From a bacterium (GTDB taxonomy: Bacteria; Muiribacteriota; UBA6191), in assembly GCA_036339875.1 (NCBI GenBank), contig JAYZAC010000152.1, positions 1 through 20,777 on the forward strand: a stretch of 20,777 nucleotides of DNA. The letters run 5' to 3'. Below, in pieces: positions 1-9,537 of this stretch. The first letter of the stretch is position 1, and each line of letters begins with the position of its first letter. Position numbers and translations under genes: made by a program. The notes below the pieces were generated by a model. That model was not told the DNA's origin. It searched no databases and was given only the letters and a program-made list of their open reading frames with translations.

Positions 1-2
1 AG

Positions 3-3000
3 GCCTCCAGAGCCATACGAAAATTATTATTGGCATCTGAACGTGAGCCTTTGGATGATGTTTCTAAAGATAAATTATTAGAAAGTTATAAAGAGGCAAT
101 TTGTGAGGCTGTTAATTCTGATGATGTAGTTGGTGATATTCCAAACTTTCCCGCGAATCGTATTAATGCCGAGTTTGATCTGCAGGCGCCATCTTATGTG
201 GTTTTTCAAGAAGATGGATCGGGTTTAAAAAGTTTACAATTGGCGATTGATTACATACGTTCGGGACGTGCCACTAGTATGTTAGTTGGGGCTAGCGACA
301 TGACACTGGATTTTAAGTCTGTATTAGCTGGTGACCCGGCTCGAGATAATCAGTTGAATCTTGAAGGTGGAGCAATGGTCTTACTTGAGGACTACGATGT
401 TGCTATCGCCAAGGGACATCAAATTTTAGCCTTAATTGACGACTTGTCTGTTCAGAATTCTGAGCTTACAGAACAGGATGAAAATTTATCGGTACATAAA
501 GAGCCTTTTTCTACGCTCGGTTATCTACGTTCTGCCCAAGGACTTTTTGATTTAGCCATGAGTTGTCGGCTAGTCAATGCTGGTTTTCAATTTATTGACG
601 GTAAAATTGTTCCTAAATTGAGTAATCGGGCTCAATATTCCAGACTTAAGCTAATTAGTGATGCTGTTTTGGGAAGAAAATATCACCTCACTATTTCTGA
701 GATCTCGAATACTCATCTTAATTGGTATGAATCAGATAAAATAACCAGCTCCGAAGCATATTGCTTAAAATTTTATCAAGCTTCGAATAGATCTGATCTT
801 GTGGAAAAACTTATTTCTGATCAATATTCTCTTGAGGCAGCCTCAGGTGATTTGAGACTTGTTATACAAGGTAAATCTAGTGATTTGGAATCTCTTCGTC
901 AGCGAGCAATTCATTTACTAAAAACTAATGCTGAAGATTTCATTGATCCACGCGGTATAGTTTTGCGAACCGGTGAAAAGCTTGATAATAGTAGCCTAGC
1001 TTTTGTGTATCCGGGATTCGGAAATTTGTACCCACATATGGGTAAAGGCCTGTTGAATCAGTTTCCTGGATTACTTTCGAGAATTAGATCAAAAACTGCT
1101 CATATGAGAACCTTGAGTTGCTATGATCAGTTATGGTCTGATCAATGTGATTTATATGATTTAAGTGTATTTGAAATTAGTTTTGCTACGACCTTTTTTC
1201 AATGCTTGATGACTGATCTAGCTCAGAATCTTCTTGGGCTGAAACCAGCTCACGTAGTTGGTTTCAGTGGTGGTGAAATTAATTGTTTGTCTGCCATGGA
1301 TGTATGGAATATAGATAAATATTATGATCGTGCATGCGAAGATAAAGTCTTTTCGCATATCGCCGCTGGTGAATTCGAATGTCTAAGAAAAATTGGTATT
1401 AAAAATCCAGACTGGGGTACGTTATTAGTTAATGGAAGTGAGCAAGAGACTAAATCTGAGTTAGAAAACTTTTCAGAATTAAGACTTTTGATGGTGAACT
1501 CACCTTCGGAGTGCATGATCGGTGGTAGTCTTGAGCAATTAGTGGAATTTGAGAACCTGTCTTCTCTTCATACGATCAGAGTGCCGATTCCTCAAGTTTA
1601 TCATTCAAATCTTTTAGAACCTTGGCGTAAGGAACTTGAATATCTATGGAGTCATTCCGTTTCAGTTCCAGATGGAGTTAAGTTTTATTCACATGCTCGT
1701 GGTAAAAGTTATTCCTTAACTCAGTTAAGTGTATCAGAAGCTATAACGAATACTTGTGTAGAGATGGTGCGTTTTGAACCAATGGTTCAAGAAGCTTTCA
1801 AAAATGGAGCCCGCGTATTTCTAGAACTTGGTCCGCAGGCTAGTGTTTTAAGGCATATACAAGCAAGTTTAGATACAAAAGTATCTGATTGTCACTTTAT
1901 CTCGTTAAATACAAGAGAAAGAGATGAGGCTAGACAATTCTTTTTCGGGTTGAGTCAAATAGCTGTATTAGGATTTAATTTGCCATTTAAGACATTTCTA
2001 CCTGCTCAAGATAAAAAGAACTTGGAGCTTTCTGAATCAAGGGCTACTTTAAGGATTCCGGCTGGCGGTAAACTAGCTAGCTGGGATATTAATAATTTCA
2101 TTGATTTATTTCTTAAGAGCACGACTAAAAAGCTATCCACGCAAAAGTCTTCACCAATATCTAGTACAGCCAGTATTTCCAATGATTTCAAAGGAATGAA
2201 AAAACACAAGCGACCACTTAAAGTCGTGCGGGAGTTTAAAATGGGTCAAAAGCATAAAAATATTAGAACCTCTAACCTTTTAGAACAACATTTACAGGTT
2301 CAACAGAGGGTGACTGATATTCATTCAAAGATGCTAGAGGAAATGCAGAACAGTCTGTCGGTACAGGAAGCACTATTGAATGGAACTGGAGGATTATCTG
2401 CTAATAATGAGGACCTTTCTATCAATGAGGAGAGGAATTTACATAGTGAAGTGGATATGAAAGGTATGGACCCGTCTCATCCACTAGTAAAATTTGCCCA
2501 TTTATTAAAAGGCAGTATGCCTCATGGGACTGTCTGTGAAGCATTTCCGCATGGTCGTGGAATTCATCCTGATGCTGTTTTTGATCGTCAGGATTGTCTT
2601 AATTTTGGAGAAGGACGATTAAGCGATGTTTTCGGCCCAGAGTATGCTGAGGTAGATTCGTATAAGTACCGCACTAGGTATCCTAGTCCACCTTATTTAT
2701 TGGTTGATCGTGTAATGGCTATTGAAGGAAAACTTCACGAATTTAAGCCTTCAACCGTAGTTACAGAGTTTGATGTAGCACCTGGGGATTGGTTTTTGGT
2801 TGATGGTAGGGTTCCAATTTGTGTATGTATTGAATCTGGCCAAGCTGATTTATTTTTAATCTCGTATGTCGGAATTGATCACAAGGTTCTGGGTGAGAGA
2901 GTTTATCGCTTACTTGGTGCTGACTTTACATTTTTCGATGAATATCCAAAGGCCCCATGCACTTTGCGATATGAAATTCAAATAAATTCCTATGTTCAAC

Positions 3001-4928
3001 ATGATGATACATGGTTATTTTTCTTCGAGGGTCACGGCTTTGCCAATGGCAAGAAATTCATTCAATGGAAGAACGGATGTGCTGGTTATTTTACCCCTGA
3101 AGAGCTTTCTGCTAAAGGAGTATTTCAAGTTCCAGAATTCGATGTTCCCGCTGTAGAATACCCGTATATTCCAGTTCGGGATGTGAAACAATCTATTTTC
3201 TCTCAAAGTCAATTAGAGGCATTGGTAAATGGTGACGTATATAGTTGTTTCGGTAAGAGCCATGTTGTGCCCTTCAAAGCAGCTGAAGGTTGCGCTAAAA
3301 CATTTCCACAATGGGCCAATCAAAACTTAAGAATGGTAGACGAGATTGCAATTGATAGACAAGGTGGAAAAAATGGTCTTGGCTATATACAGGCCCTTCT
3401 TAATCTCCATGATGATCATTGGTACTTCACGGCACATTTCGCTACTGACCCTGTAATGCCTGGAACCTTAATGCTTGACGGATGTTTGCAGGTTTTAGAA
3501 TTTTATTTACTATATCTTGGATTTGGTTTCCAAGCTCGAGGTGGCCGTTTTCAGCCAGTTAAAGGTGAAGAAATTAAAGTGAAATGTCGTGGACAGGTAA
3601 TACCTGGAATGAAAGATTTAAAGTATTATCTTCATGTTAAAAAGATTGAGCCCGGTTCCAGTCCTAAAGTCTACGCTGATGCCTTAATTACTTCAGACGG
3701 TAAAGAGGTAGTACATATCGAAAACCTTGCCGTAGAAATAGCTTATGATGACCTTCCAGCTCTACCAGAACCTGGAGCTAATGCTTATGATATTAATGGT
3801 CGTTCTGTGCATACGAATGAAACTCAACTAATTGAACTAACGGTAGGAAAACCTAGTCGATACTTTGGATCGCATTATGAAATTTTCGATAGACAAAGAC
3901 AGATCTCTAGGATGCCTAATCCCCCGTATGATTGTATTACTAGGGTTTTGGAGGTTGAGGGTAAATTGCGCGAGGTTAAGCCTGGGAATCGTATGGTAAA
4001 CGAATTCGATATGGCAATTGATGATTGGTATTTTCAATACAATCACGGCATCATGCCATTTTGTGTTCTTAATGAAGTTGTATTGCAACCTTGTGGTTTG
4101 CTACCACAATTGTTGGAACTCGATGCAATGGGTTCAAGCGATCGATTTATTCGAAATCTTGGTGGTCGTATGATTACACATCAGGATTTACCTGCACAGA
4201 ATGGAATTATTAAGTCTGAAGTGATACTGAAAGAGGTTGTAAACACACCCACTACATTCATGGTTAAATATGATGGTAAATATCACTTAAAGGATGGAAG
4301 TCTTCTAGCGGAGGGAAAGGATCTTCATTTTGGGTTTTTCTCTCAGGAAGAATTAGCTGGTAGTCCCGGACTTAGTTGGAAGCAGCAAGATAAAACTCTT
4401 TTTGACCAAAATAATGAGAATTCAGAAATACTTCGCGGCGATCAGCTTCCGTTACCAAGTGAAATTGGAGTGAATGCAGCCCTTCCGAAATTTCCAGGAT
4501 TATTTTTTGATCGTGTCGTTGAATTTTTGCCATCGGGTGGCAAGTATGCCAAGGGCTTACTACGAGTAGAAAAAATGGTTGATCCTGAAGAGTGGATTTT
4601 TTACTCACATTTTTATATGGACCCAGTAGTACCAGGCAGTTATTCACTGGATGCTGTCACTCAAGTTCTACAATACTATGTTCTACTTCAGGAAGAACTT
4701 TACCCCCAAAGAAAAGCTGCTGGACCAGGTTATTTTAGAACAAATCATAGCCATTGGATGAACTGGCAATATCGTGGACAGATACTTCAGCACAATACTA
4801 AAATAGTTTATGAGGTTGAAGTGCAAGATGAGGGTCCGGGATGGGTTATGGGTGCAGCGCGTGTTTACGTTGATGGAAAATTCATTTATGAATTAGCAGA
4901 GACTTTGATTCAGTTGCATCGAAATTAA
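3..4928 (+). CDS. PUFA-synthase-like iterative type I FAS/PKS subunit (PfaBC / Pfa3 type), 5'-truncated: CLF - AT - pseudo-DH - DH - pseudo-DH - DH
   Basis: Frame is open from nt 3 (GCC TCC AGA GCC ATA CGA AAA TTA TTA TTG), so the TTG at 30 is probably not the real start. KS-like segment NFPANRINAEFDLQAPSYVVFQEDGSGL has no catalytic Cys (CLF-like). AT motifs are AFVYPGFG, GFSGGE (1260-1277) and VYHS. FabA-type DH motifs are WYFTAHFATDPVMPG (His at 3435) and WIFYSHFYMDPVVPG (His at 4608), each preceded by a His-less pseudo-DH (RYPSPPYLLVDRV; RMPNPPYDCITRV). Confidence 0.9.
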   Translation, partial: ASRAIRKLLLASEREPLDDVSKDKLLESYKEAICEAVNSDDVVGDIPNFPANRINAEFDLQAPSYVVFQEDGSGLKSLQLAIDYIRSGRATSMLVGASDMTLDFKSVLAGDPARDNQLNLEGGAMVLLEDYDVAIAKGHQILALIDDLSVQNSELTEQDENLSVHKEPFSTLGYLRSAQGLFDLAMSCRLVNAGFQFIDGKIVPKLSNRAQYSRLKLISDAVLGRKYHLTISEISNTHLNWYESDKITSSEAYCLKFYQASNRSDLVEKLISDQYSLEAASGDLRLVIQGKSSDLESLRQRAIHLLKTNAEDFIDPRGIVLRTGEKLDNSSLAFVYPGFGNLYPHMGKGLLNQFPGLLSRIRSKTAHMRTLSCYDQLWSDQCDLYDLSVFEISFATTFFQCLMTDLAQNLLGLKPAHVVGFSGGEINCLSAMDVWNIDKYYDRACEDKVFSHIAAGEFECLRKIGIKNPDWGTLLVNGSEQETKSELENFSELRLLMVNSPSECMIGGSLEQLVEFENLSSLHTIRVPIPQVYHSNLLEPWRKELEYLWSHSVSVPDGVKFYSHARGKSYSLTQLSVSEAITNTCVEMVRFEPMVQEAFKNGARVFLELGPQASVLRHIQASLDTKVSDCHFISLNTRERDEARQFFFGLSQIAVLGFNLPFKTFLPAQDKKNLELSESRATLRIPAGGKLASWDINNFIDLFLKSTTKKLSTQKSSPISSTASISNDFKGMKKHKRPLKVVREFKMGQKHKNIRTSNLLEQHLQVQQRVTDIHSKMLEEMQNSLSVQEALLNGTGGLSANNEDLSINEERNLHSEVDMKGMDPSHPLVKFAHLLKGSMPHGTVCEAFPHGRGIHPDAVFDRQDCLNFGEGRLSDVFGPEYAEVDSYKYRTRYPSPPYLLVDRVMAIEGKLHEFKPSTVVTEFDVAPGDWFLVDGRVPICVCIESGQADLFLISYVGIDHKVLGERVYRLLGADFTFFDEYPKAPCTLRYEIQINSYVQHDDTWLFFFEGHGFANGKKFIQWKNGCAGYFTPEELSAKGVFQVPEFDVPAVEYPYIPVRDVKQSIFSQSQLEALVNGDVYSCFGKSHVVPFKAAEGCAKTFPQWANQNLRMVDEIAIDRQGGKNGLGYIQALLNLHDDHWYFTAHFATDPVMPGTLMLDGCLQVLEFYLLYLGFGFQARGGRFQPVKGEEIKVKCRGQVIPGMKDLKYYLHVKKIEPGSSPKVYADALITSDGKEVVHIENLAVEIAYDDLPALPEPGANAYDINGRSVHTNETQLIELTVGKPSRYFGSHYEIFDRQRQISRMPNPPYDCITRVLEVEGKLREVKPGNRMVNEFDMAIDDWYFQYNHGIMPFCVLNEVVLQPCGLLPQLLELDAMGSSDRFIRNLGGRMITHQDLPAQNGIIKSEVILKEVVNTPTTFMVKYDGKYHLKDGSLLAEGKDLHFGFFSQEELAGSPGLSWKQQDKTLFDQNNENSEILRGDQLPLPSEIGVNAALPKFPGLFFDRVVEFLPSGGKYAKGLLRVEKMVDPEEWIFYSHFYMDPVVPGSYSLDAVTQVLQYYVLLQEELYPQRKAAGPGYFRTNHSHWMNWQYRGQILQHNTKIVYEVEVQDEGPGWVMGAARVYVDGKFIYELAETLIQLHRN

Positions 4929-5824
4929 ACTGCTCGAGATGACTTGGCATACATTAAGACTTTGTTGCCGGGTGATTGATATTCTAGCCTTTCAAAGGCT
5001 ACCAATCGTGCTATAGAGATGCCACGTCCATGTTCTTGATCAGCTTGGTCTGGATCCATTAACATGTATTTGTCGTAGTCGAACCCAGTTCCTTGATCTG
5101 TAACCGTAAACTGAATCATTTGATCATGACGCTCCACTTCTACGGTAACATATTTACCTGTGTACTCAGATGAAGCCAGACGTTTGCAGAGTTCTTCCTC
5201 CCAAGTGTTATTTTTTTGATGCCAAGTTTTATCTTCATATGAAAATCCGAGATTGCCATGCTCTACAGCATTTACTAGAATTTCCGTTAGACCCATGGCG
5301 ACTTTGTTCACTTCTAAACATGTTAAAGAAAGTGTTTGGGCCAGTACATGGGCTTCAGTTAGTGTCTTAAAAGTGAAACTTGCACTATCAAGATGTTCAA
5401 GAGATTGCTTGTGATTATTCAACAAAATTTCGAGGCGATTGAACGAATGAGTTGAGTTAAGGCCAGACAAGATGGCTAGTTTCGTTTGCTGCGCTGTATT
5501 TTCGAATTCGATAATTTGGCAGGCTCCTTTACGAAGTGCCTCTAACTGTTGATCATGATTTTTTTTTGTATCAATCATAATTATAGGAATTGATTCTGTT
5601 TTACGGCTACGCTTGATTTTTACCAGATCTTTCAATCCGCTTTCGTCCAAATTCATCAAGATGAGTTGATACTGTTTTTCCTCTATTTGTTTCTTATAGG
5701 TTTTGATTTGGGAAGTCTTGGTGACTCCTAGATTCAGATCATTAATAATTAAATCTAAATTAGCTAGTGGGTCTGGAGGAATATTAACAATCAGTATTCT
5801 TTGTTGAGCACTAGATAAGTTCAT
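4925..5824 (-). CDS. Receiver-like domain fused to an RsbW/SpoIIAB-type ATPase (anti-sigma / Ser-Thr kinase, HATPase_c_2)
   Basis: N-terminal REC fold pattern (ILIV, YQLILMN, IPIIMI, ALRKGA). C-terminal GHKL boxes EILVNAVEHGN, DQGTGFD and HGRGI. Confidence 0.85.
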   Translation of the reverse strand: MNLSSAQQRILIVNIPPDPLANLDLIINDLNLGVTKTSQIKTYKKQIEEKQYQLILMNLDESGLKDLVKIKRSRKTESIPIIMIDTKKNHDQQLEALRKGACQIIEFENTAQQTKLAILSGLNSTHSFNRLEILLNNHKQSLEHLDSASFTFKTLTEAHVLAQTLSLTCLEVNKVAMGLTEILVNAVEHGNLGFSYEDKTWHQKNNTWEEELCKRLASSEYTGKYVTVEVERHDQMIQFTVTDQGTGFDYDKYMLMDPDQADQEHGRGISIARLVAFERLEYQSPGNKVLMYAKSSRAV

Positions 5825-5830
5825 GAATGG

Positions 5831-5839
5831 ATTATATCA
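5831..5839 (-). promoter_or_regulatory. Extended -10 element (TGnTATAAT) 6 nt upstream of the ATG at 5824; probable leaderless start
   Basis: Minus strand reads TGATATAAT-ccattc-ATG, with no Shine-Dalgarno sequence. Confidence 0.55.
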
Positions 5840-5866
5840 AAGTGTTCTTATAACTGTTCCATTCAA

Positions 5867-6412
5867 TCAAATCTCCTCAAGAGATTCTATTTGCTGCTCG
5901 ATGAGTCTTTGATTACTCTCATATATTTTACGATCAAGTAGTTGTCTACTTAGTGCAATAAGTTCAGATGCTTGATATAAATTTTTCTTTTTCAAAGGTC
6001 TAAGCTCACTGAGAGCTACAGCATAATCATTCAATGATTCAGCACAAATTCTTAGTGTTCCAGGGATGTGTTTTTCAATAGATTGCAAATGATTAGGTTT
6101 TGATAATATATCCATCTTCAAAAGACGTACAATCCATGGTTTTAATAAGAAGATCGTGTTTTTTGGAGAATGTACATGCCCCTCTGGAGTATTATTACCG
6201 AAACTTTCTTGCCACGCTTTGAATAATCCTTGGAGTACTTCTAGCCATAATGGTTGGAGCTCAGTACTGAGCTGCTTTTGCTCGTTAATCTTAGCAGAAA
6301 TAATTTCTATGTTCTGTTGATTAGGTTGTACAATTTCATTACGTCTTTCTAGCTCTATATGTTTGGATTTATCTTCAATAGACTCTACATCGATCTTTTG
6401 TTTCAGTTTCAT
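5867..6412 (-). CDS. Hypothetical helical/coiled-coil protein (weak FlgN-like resemblance)
   Basis: 181-aa ORF with a GGTGA RBS before the ATG. Heptad-like L/I/E/Q-rich ends; C-terminus ESNQRLIEQQIESL. Confidence 0.6.
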   Translation of the reverse strand: MKLKQKIDVESIEDKSKHIELERRNEIVQPNQQNIEIISAKINEQKQLSTELQPLWLEVLQGLFKAWQESFGNNTPEGHVHSPKNTIFLLKPWIVRLLKMDILSKPNHLQSIEKHIPGTLRICAESLNDYAVALSELRPLKKKNLYQASELIALSRQLLDRKIYESNQRLIEQQIESLEEI

Positions 6413-6474
6413 ATTTCACCGGTGTAACATATTTAGACTCATATTAGAGATCAGCGTTAACGATCGTGAAGATT

Positions 6475-6780
6475 CTAATGAAAATGAAATTCTTGCTTAG
6501 GATTAGATCCGTGATAGGAATTTATAATTGGGTTTTCGACGGGTTTTCCCTCGTTGGATGGTACTAAATCACTTTCGGGAACATAAGTGGCATAGTCCGC
6601 ACCGTCTACTACTACGTAATACCAGGGTTCATCTACAGGTGCGTTTGTTTTGATAGATTTTTGATACCAATCGTCGCTTCCCATAAACCAAGGATCAATA
6701 TCGACAATCATCCCACGGAAGCTTCCGTCACGATGAGAAACGATTTGAGTCACAGTATATTTGCAGTTTTTAATATTCAA
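6475..6780 (-). CDS. hspQ: Heat shock protein HspQ (YccV-like domain)
   Basis: KYxVxQIVSH...FRGMIVDIDPWF...DWY...PWYYVVVD...TYVPESDL matches the HspQ/YccV pattern. AGGTGA RBS before the TTG start. Confidence 0.85.
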   Translation of the reverse strand: MNIKNCKYTVTQIVSHRDGSFRGMIVDIDPWFMGSDDWYQKSIKTNAPVDEPWYYVVVDGADYATYVPESDLVPSNEGKPVENPIINSYHGSNPKQEFHFH

Positions 6781-6847
6781 AATTTCACCTGTTCCATTTT
6801 AGAATATTCCATTTTAAGGTCAAAAAACAAGTCAATTTGAGTTTTTT

Positions 6848-8368
6848 TTAAATCTCAGAGACATAAGCTGCTTCTGACTTTGCATCAATGTTGTTATTTG
6901 AGATGACTGCGCTAGCCAATTTTTTATGTTGACTTTTCCTGTCAAACATAAATTCTAAAGCACTTGACAGACCAATACTCAAATACCCTATTGTGTACAA
7001 CGCAATGAATGGTACTAAAAAATAATGACTTGTAGGTGAATGTACTAAAATTGTGAGTCCTAATAGTCCAAGACTAATTTCAATCAGAAACCACAAATCG
7101 AAGTTTGTTCTGTAAAACTTTGTTTGATTTCCTCGTTTTGGAGTTCTCACAAAAGATGATTTTTTTCCAAGTAAAGCTTCAAGAACTCCTCTTGTATTAT
7201 TCACTGCAAGTCCACATCCCAGAGAAATCATTAAAGGATAAAAATATAATGGTAATTTTTTGTTTAATGTTTGTTGCGAAAATCGATACAAAAAAGTTGG
7301 CCCTGCGCAAGCTATGAGTATTATTAAAAACATGAATTCCAATTGCGGCCAAATTAGATTAATTTGATTGTTCAAGATTAGGCATCCAATAAAATAGTTT
7401 GTAAGTAGTAAGGGGTGAATCATGTAGTGCGTTAGATGCATCAATGCTTCTATTTTAAGTTTAGTACTATTTTTAGATTTCAATACACTTGGCAATACTT
7501 TCAGAGCGGTTTGTATGGAGCCTTTTGCCCATCGAAACTGTTGTGACTTAAAGGCTGAAACCGAACTGGGAATTTCTGAAGGACAGATTAAATCGGCTCT
7601 GTAATCTAATTTCCAACCTTCTAATTGAGCTCTGTAAGACAAGTCTAGATCTTCCGTTAAGGTATCTGCTTGCCAACCACCAGCATCTTGAATGCAATTA
7701 CGTCTCCAGACACCAGCTGTTCCGTTAAAGTTCATGAAGTAGTTGTTCCATGCTCTTGCGGGCTGTTCAATTGCAAAATGACCGTCCATGCCAATCGCTT
7801 GAAATTTTGTCCACAGATTTTCATTTTCGTTTAGATAAGACCATCGACCTTGGATTAATCCAATTTTCTCGTTTTGATTTAAGAAAGATATTGCACGTTT
7901 TAAAAATTCAGCTGGTGGGCGAAAGTCTGCATCGAATATGGCGATAAAATCAAAAGATTCAAGACTCATTCCATGTTTTAATGCCCCTGCTTTGAATCCA
8001 ACGCGATTACTTCTTCGTATATGATTAAATTTTTTGCTTGGGTTAGAGTTATTTCTAATCCAGTCTTCTACTATGTGAGTTGTATCGTCATTGCTATCAT
8101 CAAGTATTTGTACAACTAATTCCTCTGGATAATCGCATTTGTTTAAGTGTTCTAATAGTTCAATTATCGAATTCTGCTCATTGTATATTGGAAGCTGAAC
8201 CAGTAATTTAGGATATGAATTAATTTCTTCATAAATAGATATCTCTGAATCAATAGATGATCGTGCTCGATTAAAGCGATAGCATGCCAAGTAAGCATTT
8301 ATTCCAGCCAATAGGAGATAAATGCTATTCACACTGTAGACACAGACCAGTAATAATTCCAAAATCAT
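6848..8368 (-). CDS. Membrane-bound GT2 glycosyltransferase, cellulose-synthase-like (CslA-type)
   Basis: VQLPIYNE, QILDDS, GFKAGAL, FDADF, TEDLDLS and QQFRW (D,D,D,QxxRW signature). One N-terminal and several C-terminal TM segments. Confidence 0.92.
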   Translation of the reverse strand: MILELLLVCVYSVNSIYLLLAGINAYLACYRFNRARSSIDSEISIYEEINSYPKLLVQLPIYNEQNSIIELLEHLNKCDYPEELVVQILDDSNDDTTHIVEDWIRNNSNPSKKFNHIRRSNRVGFKAGALKHGMSLESFDFIAIFDADFRPPAEFLKRAISFLNQNEKIGLIQGRWSYLNENENLWTKFQAIGMDGHFAIEQPARAWNNYFMNFNGTAGVWRRNCIQDAGGWQADTLTEDLDLSYRAQLEGWKLDYRADLICPSEIPSSVSAFKSQQFRWAKGSIQTALKVLPSVLKSKNSTKLKIEALMHLTHYMIHPLLLTNYFIGCLILNNQINLIWPQLEFMFLIILIACAGPTFLYRFSQQTLNKKLPLYFYPLMISLGCGLAVNNTRGVLEALLGKKSSFVRTPKRGNQTKFYRTNFDLWFLIEISLGLLGLTILVHSPTSHYFLVPFIALYTIGYLSIGLSSALEFMFDRKSQHKKLASAVISNNNIDAKSEAAYVSEI

Positions 8369-8409
8369 GTTCCTTCGAATTTTACCGTAGAATATAGATC
8401 GGTCATTCG

Positions 8410-9534
8410 TTAAAAGATAATACTGAATGTGAGGTTAAGATTGTACTGGATTTCAGAAACGGTACCTTCTAATGATTCATTGATGCTGTAATGGGCCGCG
8501 TATTTACTTTGCTCAATGGGTTTAATGAGATTAATGCTCATGCTATTGTCTGATTCTCTGAGAGGTTCTAATTCTGAAAGACGAGTCTCAATGAAGTAAT
8601 CACTCTGTAATGACTCTCTGCCCTTTATTACGATTTTTTTATCTAGTATTTGATTGTAAGTTGAGTTGCTTAATGATTCACGAAAACCAATATGAAGTCT
8701 GTAGTCGGATCCGGATAATGAAACTTTGTTATTTGATACTAGGATTTCATTAGTTTCTGTATTGACTTGCAGGACTTTAATATTTTCTGAAAAATTAATT
8801 ATTCTCAGCTCAGTAATGTAATTGTCAGAATGATAGTTAATGCTCGGTATTCGCGATTCATAAGGAATACTTATACCATTATTATTAAGATTCTGAGCTA
8901 ATTGTATTTCATTTTCAGTAGCAAATCGGTCGGGATGGTTTTGCCATTCAGGAAAAAAATTTTCAGTAACAATTAATTCTCCGCTTTGATTAAGACTAAG
9001 TTGGTTTACATTTGCTAGAAGTTCAGAATGATTATCTTGTTGTGTGATTGGGATACTTATTAAATATGCAAGTACATCAATTATACTCTTTGGTGATAGT
9101 TGTTGTATTTCTGGAAAAAAACTAAGGTTTTTGAGATATCTACTTGCGAGAGCTGCTTTATCCATTGGAAATTTACCGATAAAAAAACTCCCTTTATTTC
9201 TACTGGCATCGCCAAGATAAAACTCGAGATACTGATTTAAGTAGCGAGTTCTCAGATTAAGTTCTCCAACCGGATATATTCCAGCAAATTCAAAAGGGTA
9301 AGTATTAGTTTTAATGTCTCGTCGAAGAAATTTTGTATCGATTAACTCGCCCTCTTTAACTAAATCAAGTTGAATTCCTTCCGGTTTATTATTCAAAAAT
9401 GTATTACTAGGTTCTATGGCTCCTATGAGTATCATTTGTTTGCTAGATGAATCTTCGTCTTCTCCAAGCACCTCACATCCGTAGAGAGTCAATAGGCATA
9501 TAATAATTATCAAGAACTTCGATACTGCAATCAT
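8410..9534 (-). CDS. Putative lipoprotein of unknown function
   Basis: Basic-hydrophobic N-terminus ending in the lipobox LYGC, then an acidic linker (EDEDSSS). Starts 3 nt after the upstream gene's stop. Confidence 0.65.
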   Translation of the reverse strand: MIAVSKFLIIIICLLTLYGCEVLGEDEDSSSKQMILIGAIEPSNTFLNNKPEGIQLDLVKEGELIDTKFLRRDIKTNTYPFEFAGIYPVGELNLRTRYLNQYLEFYLGDASRNKGSFFIGKFPMDKAALASRYLKNLSFFPEIQQLSPKSIIDVLAYLISIPITQQDNHSELLANVNQLSLNQSGELIVTENFFPEWQNHPDRFATENEIQLAQNLNNNGISIPYESRIPSINYHSDNYITELRIINFSENIKVLQVNTETNEILVSNNKVSLSGSDYRLHIGFRESLSNSTYNQILDKKIVIKGRESLQSDYFIETRLSELEPLRESDNSMSINLIKPIEQSKYAAHYSINESLEGTVSEIQYNLNLTFSIIF

Positions 9535-9537
9535 AGT

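Noticed and set aside
30..32. TTG as the start of the Pfa-like gene
   Set aside because: The frame is open to the window edge, there is no SD, and the protein begins in the middle of a CLF domain.
1322..4647. Five short minus-strand ORFs (1322, 2006, 3015, 3837, 4372)
   Set aside because: They are antisense shadows of the well-supported Pfa-like CDS with no recognisable motifs.
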